From the NCBI GenBank assembly GCA_903891415.1, contig CAITEH010000008.1:9960-73959 (forward strand): a stretch of 64,000 bases of DNA, written 5' to 3'. Position numbers and translations under genes: made by a program. Each line of letters starts with the position of its first letter. The first letter of the stretch is position 1. The notes under the pieces are model-generated. The model did no database searches, had not been told where the DNA came from, and worked only from the letters and a program-made list of their open reading frames with translations. Of the stretch, positions 60,178 through 64,000 are shown one piece after another. This stretch comes from Candidatus Firestoneibacteriota bacterium (lineage in GTDB: Bacteria > Oederibacteriota > D2-FULL-39-29).

Positions 60178-62262
60178 TTGAATTCAACTATTAATGAATT
60201 CTTACTCGTAATATCTGTTCTGCTGCTTATTTTTTCCTCAAGGCTGCTTTTTAACAAATTAAAAAAGGAAATTCAAAAGTTGCTGGACCAGTTCCAGAAT
60301 CTTTATGAGAAGTTTAAAAGTGTTAACCGCAGCAGTGAATTGATAAGTTCTTCCCGCGCGCCTTCAGATATTCTAAATGTGATCACAATAGAACTTGCAA
60401 AAATAATCGGGAATTGTGCTTCCGGCGTCTTTATTTTTGAAGATAAAGAAAAGATAAATTTTTTAGCCGGAAATGAGTCTTTCAATAAATGGTCTAAACA
60501 GATCTCTTCTAGCCTTAAAAAACTAAAAGAAATTTGCCCTGACATAAAAGAAAATAAGATCGTAGAAATTAAAACACCGGTTAATCTTATTCTGGTTCAA
60601 TCCGCGATCTTTATGCCTATTACCGTCAAAGAAAAGGTTATAGGTGCTTTAGCTGTCTTGAGCCTTAACAATCCCAGGTTCTTCTCGGAAGAAGAAAAAA
60701 ACTATATCAAATTATCCGCTTCTCAGGCCTCTCTCGTTGTAGGGAACATAAATCACATTGACACCGAGAAAACCTACAAAGAGGAACTTCTAAGTTTAAA
60801 TGCCATTACTGAACTCGGCCTCCTCTCTTTAAACAGCGAAGAATTAGTGGAGGTTTTTGTTAACAGGTTTGCAAGTATAACTAAAGCCGAATATTCGATA
60901 CTTTTTATGAGGATCTCACAAACCAGTGACTATACGGTTGCAGGAACCTGCGGTCTTAAATTTAAAGAAGAAGCCGATATTATGAACTCAAATATGGAAC
61001 TTCTAAATAATGTTTTTTCTTCGGGTAATACCTGCAGGATGGGAAATAAAATAGGTTTACCGCTCAAAACAAACTACCAGGTCTTCGGTTGTATTGTGAT
61101 CTCCAAAGAGGACATAGAAGAAAAAGAAATACTGCATTATGGAAATTTGGCTGAAAAAGCTTCCATCATTTTTGAAAGGGCAAAAATAAACGAAGCTACT
61201 TCCACAATGATAAATGAATTGTCTGCAGTCTCCTATATCGGAAATGTCATTCTTTCAACGCTTAGACTGGATGATGTTTTAAATCTTATTTCCAAATCTG
61301 TCTGCGAAATTATGGATGCCAAAGGCGCGACACTCAGGCTTTTAGATATCAGAAAACAGGAGCTTGAACTCTGTGTTTCTTATGGACTTTCATCAAAACT
61401 GGCCGGAGAGGAAAAAAAGAGGGACTTTACGGCCACCGAAAAACAGGTTATTAAAACACATCAAATTATCGAGATCACTGATCCTGAAAAAAGTGAGTAT
61501 AAAGAATTTAACCAGTTAATGAACGAAGGTGTAAAATCCCTGGTTTGTATTCCTTTACTCGCAAAAAACAAAGTAATAGGAATTCTTACCCTCTATTTCA
61601 GATACAAAAAGGTCCTTTCAGAGAACGATAAAAAAATAATGACCATATTTACTTCGCATACGGCAATAGCGGTTGAAAATACCAGATTATTCAAATCCTG
61701 GAAAGAAATGTATATCAACGTCATTAAGTCGTTTGCCACCGCGCTTGATGAAAAAGATAATTATACAAAAGGCCACTCAGACCAGGTACTTAAATACGCC
61801 ACAGATATTGCTTTGGAGATGAAACTGCAGGAAAGTGATGTTGAACTATTGCAATACAGCTCTATTCTTCATGATATAGGAAAAATAGGCGTTTCGGATC
61901 AAATACTGAGAAAACCCGACAAACTGACAAAAGAAGAATATGAAATAATTAAAAAACATCCAGTTATTGGCTCAAATATTATAGGAAATATAGAAGAATT
62001 TAAGGAAGTTGCTAATATTATTAAACATCATCACGAGGCCTATGGGGGCAACGGGTATCCCGGCGGACTTAAAAAAGAAGAAATACCTTTGCTCTCGAGA
62101 ATAATTGCCGTTGTGGACTCCTTTGAGGCCATGACTTCAAACCGCACTTACAGAAAAGCAATGAGTCATACAGAAGCCTTGAAACAACTTGAATTAAATA
62201 AAAACATCCAATTTGACCCGAAAATTGTGGATATTTTCAAAAAGGTGCTGCAGCCAAAATAG
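60178..62262 (+). CDS. membrane-anchored multi-GAF HD-GYP domain protein (putative c-di-GMP phosphodiesterase)
   Basis: TTG start, N-terminal TM, GAF-like regions. HD-GYP has HSDQV, LHDIGKIGV and HHHEAYGGNGYPGGL, where Gly replaces the Asp of the usual HHExxDGxGYP. Confidence 0.8.
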   Translation: MNSTINEFLLVISVLLLIFSSRLLFNKLKKEIQKLLDQFQNLYEKFKSVNRSSELISSSRAPSDILNVITIELAKIIGNCASGVFIFEDKEKINFLAGNESFNKWSKQISSSLKKLKEICPDIKENKIVEIKTPVNLILVQSAIFMPITVKEKVIGALAVLSLNNPRFFSEEEKNYIKLSASQASLVVGNINHIDTEKTYKEELLSLNAITELGLLSLNSEELVEVFVNRFASITKAEYSILFMRISQTSDYTVAGTCGLKFKEEADIMNSNMELLNNVFSSGNTCRMGNKIGLPLKTNYQVFGCIVISKEDIEEKEILHYGNLAEKASIIFERAKINEATSTMINELSAVSYIGNVILSTLRLDDVLNLISKSVCEIMDAKGATLRLLDIRKQELELCVSYGLSSKLAGEEKKRDFTATEKQVIKTHQIIEITDPEKSEYKEFNQLMNEGVKSLVCIPLLAKNKVIGILTLYFRYKKVLSENDKKIMTIFTSHTAIAVENTRLFKSWKEMYINVIKSFATALDEKDNYTKGHSDQVLKYATDIALEMKLQESDVELLQYSSILHDIGKIGVSDQILRKPDKLTKEEYEIIKKHPVIGSNIIGNIEEFKEVANIIKHHHEAYGGNGYPGGLKKEEIPLLSRIIAVVDSFEAMTSNRTYRKAMSHTEALKQLELNKNIQFDPKIVDIFKKVLQPK

Positions 62263-62263
62263 A

Positions 62264-63523
62264 ATGATAAAACAGATCAGTAAATTTGTAAATACTTTCA
62301 TCAAAGAAAACAGGCTCAAATTGATGCCCTGGCTGATCCGTACCTCAACACTGCTTATACTCCTGTTGCTCGTAACTTTTGTACTACTTGATTACGAAGA
62401 GATCAGTGATCCTTTTTTTAAATACGGAATATTTATTTTATTCGTTTTCTTCTTTGTAAAGAATGATATTTCAAATTACTGGCAAATCCGCGGGTTGCAG
62501 CATATGTACGATGAATTCAAAGATATCAACCGTATAACTGAAGCTCTAAGAAGTACCATGAAACTCGAAAATGTGCTTGACATGATCATGTCCAACCTGA
62601 CCAGGGAGCTTAAATATGAGAGGGCTTTCATCTTCCTGGCCCTGGAAGAAAAGCAGAAAACAGTGCTCCGCGGCGTGCTGGGTATGGGTGTGTTAAATGA
62701 AGTGCTGCGCCAGCAGGTGTTTGAAATGGATGATTCTGAAGGAATTATTGCGAGATCCGCGCTGGAAAAAAAACCGTTTATTATTAAAGACGCCAGAAAT
62801 GACCACCGTTGTGAACAAAAGCTTGTGGATCTGTTGAACCTCAAAGAGTTCGCTGCTATTCCTCTTATTATCAGAGATAATGTACTCGGAGTCCTGGTTG
62901 TTGTTGCTGACGGTTTTACAAAATCTGAAATATTTGAAGAAGATCTGATCCTCCTGGAAATATTTGCCAATCAGTCGGCGATAGCGATACAGAATGCCAG
63001 GTTATATGAAAGGATAGAGAGTCTTTCGGTTTCAGATGAACTTACGGGGCTTTATAATCACAGATATTTTCAGGAAAAACTCATTTTCGAATTCTCAAAG
63101 GCAGCAGAGAACAAAACAATTATCTCTCTTATTTATTTTGATATAGATGATTTTAAATATTATAACGATACTTTCGGGCATCTGATGGGGGATAGTATTT
63201 TACGTTCGATCGGTAAGATCCTCCGTAGTTTGCTTCACAATGATAATTCCTGCGCGTCAAGATACGGGGGTGAAGAGTTTGCCGTTATCCTGACCGGCCT
63301 TACCAGGGCCGAAACAACCGCACTGGCTGAAATGATAAGGGTAAGCATAGAGAATTTTGAATTTGAATACAAAATAGAAAACAGGCAGAAGAATCTTACA
63401 ATAAGTGCCGGAATAGCGGTGTTCCCTGATGATGTTAAAACCTCCCGGGAATTAATAGATACGGCAGATGACCGTCTTTATAAGGCCAAACGAAGCGGTA
63501 AGAACAAGGTGGTTGCGGAATGA
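62264..63523 (+). CDS. membrane-anchored GAF-GGDEF diguanylate cyclase
   Basis: Start set at ATG 62264, 1 nt after the upstream stop. Two TM segments, a GAF domain, then GGDEF (DELTGLYNHRYF, RYGGEEFAVIL). No RxxD I-site at the canonical position upstream of GGEEF. Confidence 0.85.
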   Translation: MIKQISKFVNTFIKENRLKLMPWLIRTSTLLILLLLVTFVLLDYEEISDPFFKYGIFILFVFFFVKNDISNYWQIRGLQHMYDEFKDINRITEALRSTMKLENVLDMIMSNLTRELKYERAFIFLALEEKQKTVLRGVLGMGVLNEVLRQQVFEMDDSEGIIARSALEKKPFIIKDARNDHRCEQKLVDLLNLKEFAAIPLIIRDNVLGVLVVVADGFTKSEIFEEDLILLEIFANQSAIAIQNARLYERIESLSVSDELTGLYNHRYFQEKLIFEFSKAAENKTIISLIYFDIDDFKYYNDTFGHLMGDSILRSIGKILRSLLHNDNSCASRYGGEEFAVILTGLTRAETTALAEMIRVSIENFEFEYKIENRQKNLTISAGIAVFPDDVKTSRELIDTADDRLYKAKRSGKNKVVAE

Positions 63524-64000
63524 AGACATTCACGGTCCCTAATTTTCTAACCTTACTCAGGATCCTTGCGGTTCCGGTTTTTATTATATTCTTTAAGAAA
63601 AATATTTCCATAGCCGCCGTGATCTTCTTTTTTGCTATTATTACGGATGTAATTGACGGCATAGTTGCCCGGCTCGCGAGGTCACGCAGCGTGCTTGGAA
63701 CCATGCTGGATCCTCTGGCAGATAAACTTTTAATAGATACGGCGTTTATTCTTTTTGCCTTTACGGATATGATACCTGACTGGATAGCCATCGTAATTAT
63801 AAGCAGGGATATTCTGCTTATCATCGGCTGGCTGCTGGTCTATATTATCACTCACAATATGAAAGTTGAACCCAGCGTCTTCGGAAAATTCACCAATTTT
63901 CTTGAAAGTACCTCGGTAATGTTTCTTTTATTAAACTCGGTATTTATTTTGGGCCTTGATCTGAAACTTTATTTATATGCAACGGTCTTAATGTGTGCTA
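63520..64000 (+). CDS. pgsA: CDP-alcohol phosphatidyltransferase (PgsA-like), 3'-truncated by the window edge
   Basis: My translation is MKTFTVPNFLTLLRILAVPVF...ITDVIDGIVARLARSRSVLGTMLDPLADKLL, which carries the D-x2-DG-x2-AR...G-x3-D-x3-D motif. The ATGA start/stop overlaps the GGDEF gene. It is absent from the ORF track because no stop falls in the window. Confidence 0.85.
   Translation, partial: MKTFTVPNFLTLLRILAVPVFIIFFKKNISIAAVIFFFAIITDVIDGIVARLARSRSVLGTMLDPLADKLLIDTAFILFAFTDMIPDWIAIVIISRDILLIIGWLLVYIITHNMKVEPSVFGKFTNFLESTSVMFLLLNSVFILGLDLKLYLYATVLMCA

Overview
Gene-dense, AT-rich (judged by eye, not computed) chromosomal window from an uncultured-looking bacterium. I call 59 protein genes, 57 of them on the + strand, plus one tRNA. 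Many starts and stops overlap by 1-30 nt, suggesting long polycistrons. Most of the content is core housekeeping: thrS, accD, purA, murI, rph, rdgB, tRNA-Pro, rpmB, recG, rsmD, coaD, rny, ymdB, tmk, holB, ricT, metG, tatD, gatCA, mutL, miaA, hflX, pgsA. Several blocks match gene groups I recall being clustered in Bacillus, yet diderm envelope genes are also present (GT9 heptosyltransferase, O-antigen-ligase family). I found no transposase, integrase, CRISPR array, toxin-antitoxin pair or recognisable defence gene, and I cannot point to a clearly novel multi-gene system with confidence. The loci most worth a second look are listed here. (1) An operon starting after a strong terminator at about 38.0 kb: Gfo/Idh/MocA oxidoreductase, a MetV-RnfC-like fusion, MetV, MetF, a stand-alone NuoA and 5-formyl-THF cyclo-ligase. 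This resembles the Acetobacterium woodii-type MetF/MetV/RnfC2 reductase with extra parts. (2) A perfect consensus sigma70 promoter driving a ~250-nt leader or sRNA candidate with nested long-range pairing, between the cyclo-ligase gene and rny. (3) An orphan TadZ-like/CpaF fusion ATPase with a degenerate Walker A and a promoter placed for a leaderless GUG start. (4) A translationally coupled lipoprotein, CHASE2 class III cyclase and TPR trio. (5) A TatD-radical SAM fusion. (6) A PPi-centred sugar cluster containing PPi-PFK signature residues and a K+-independent-type H+-PPase. All functional calls rest on motif recognition in the supplied translations; no database search was possible.
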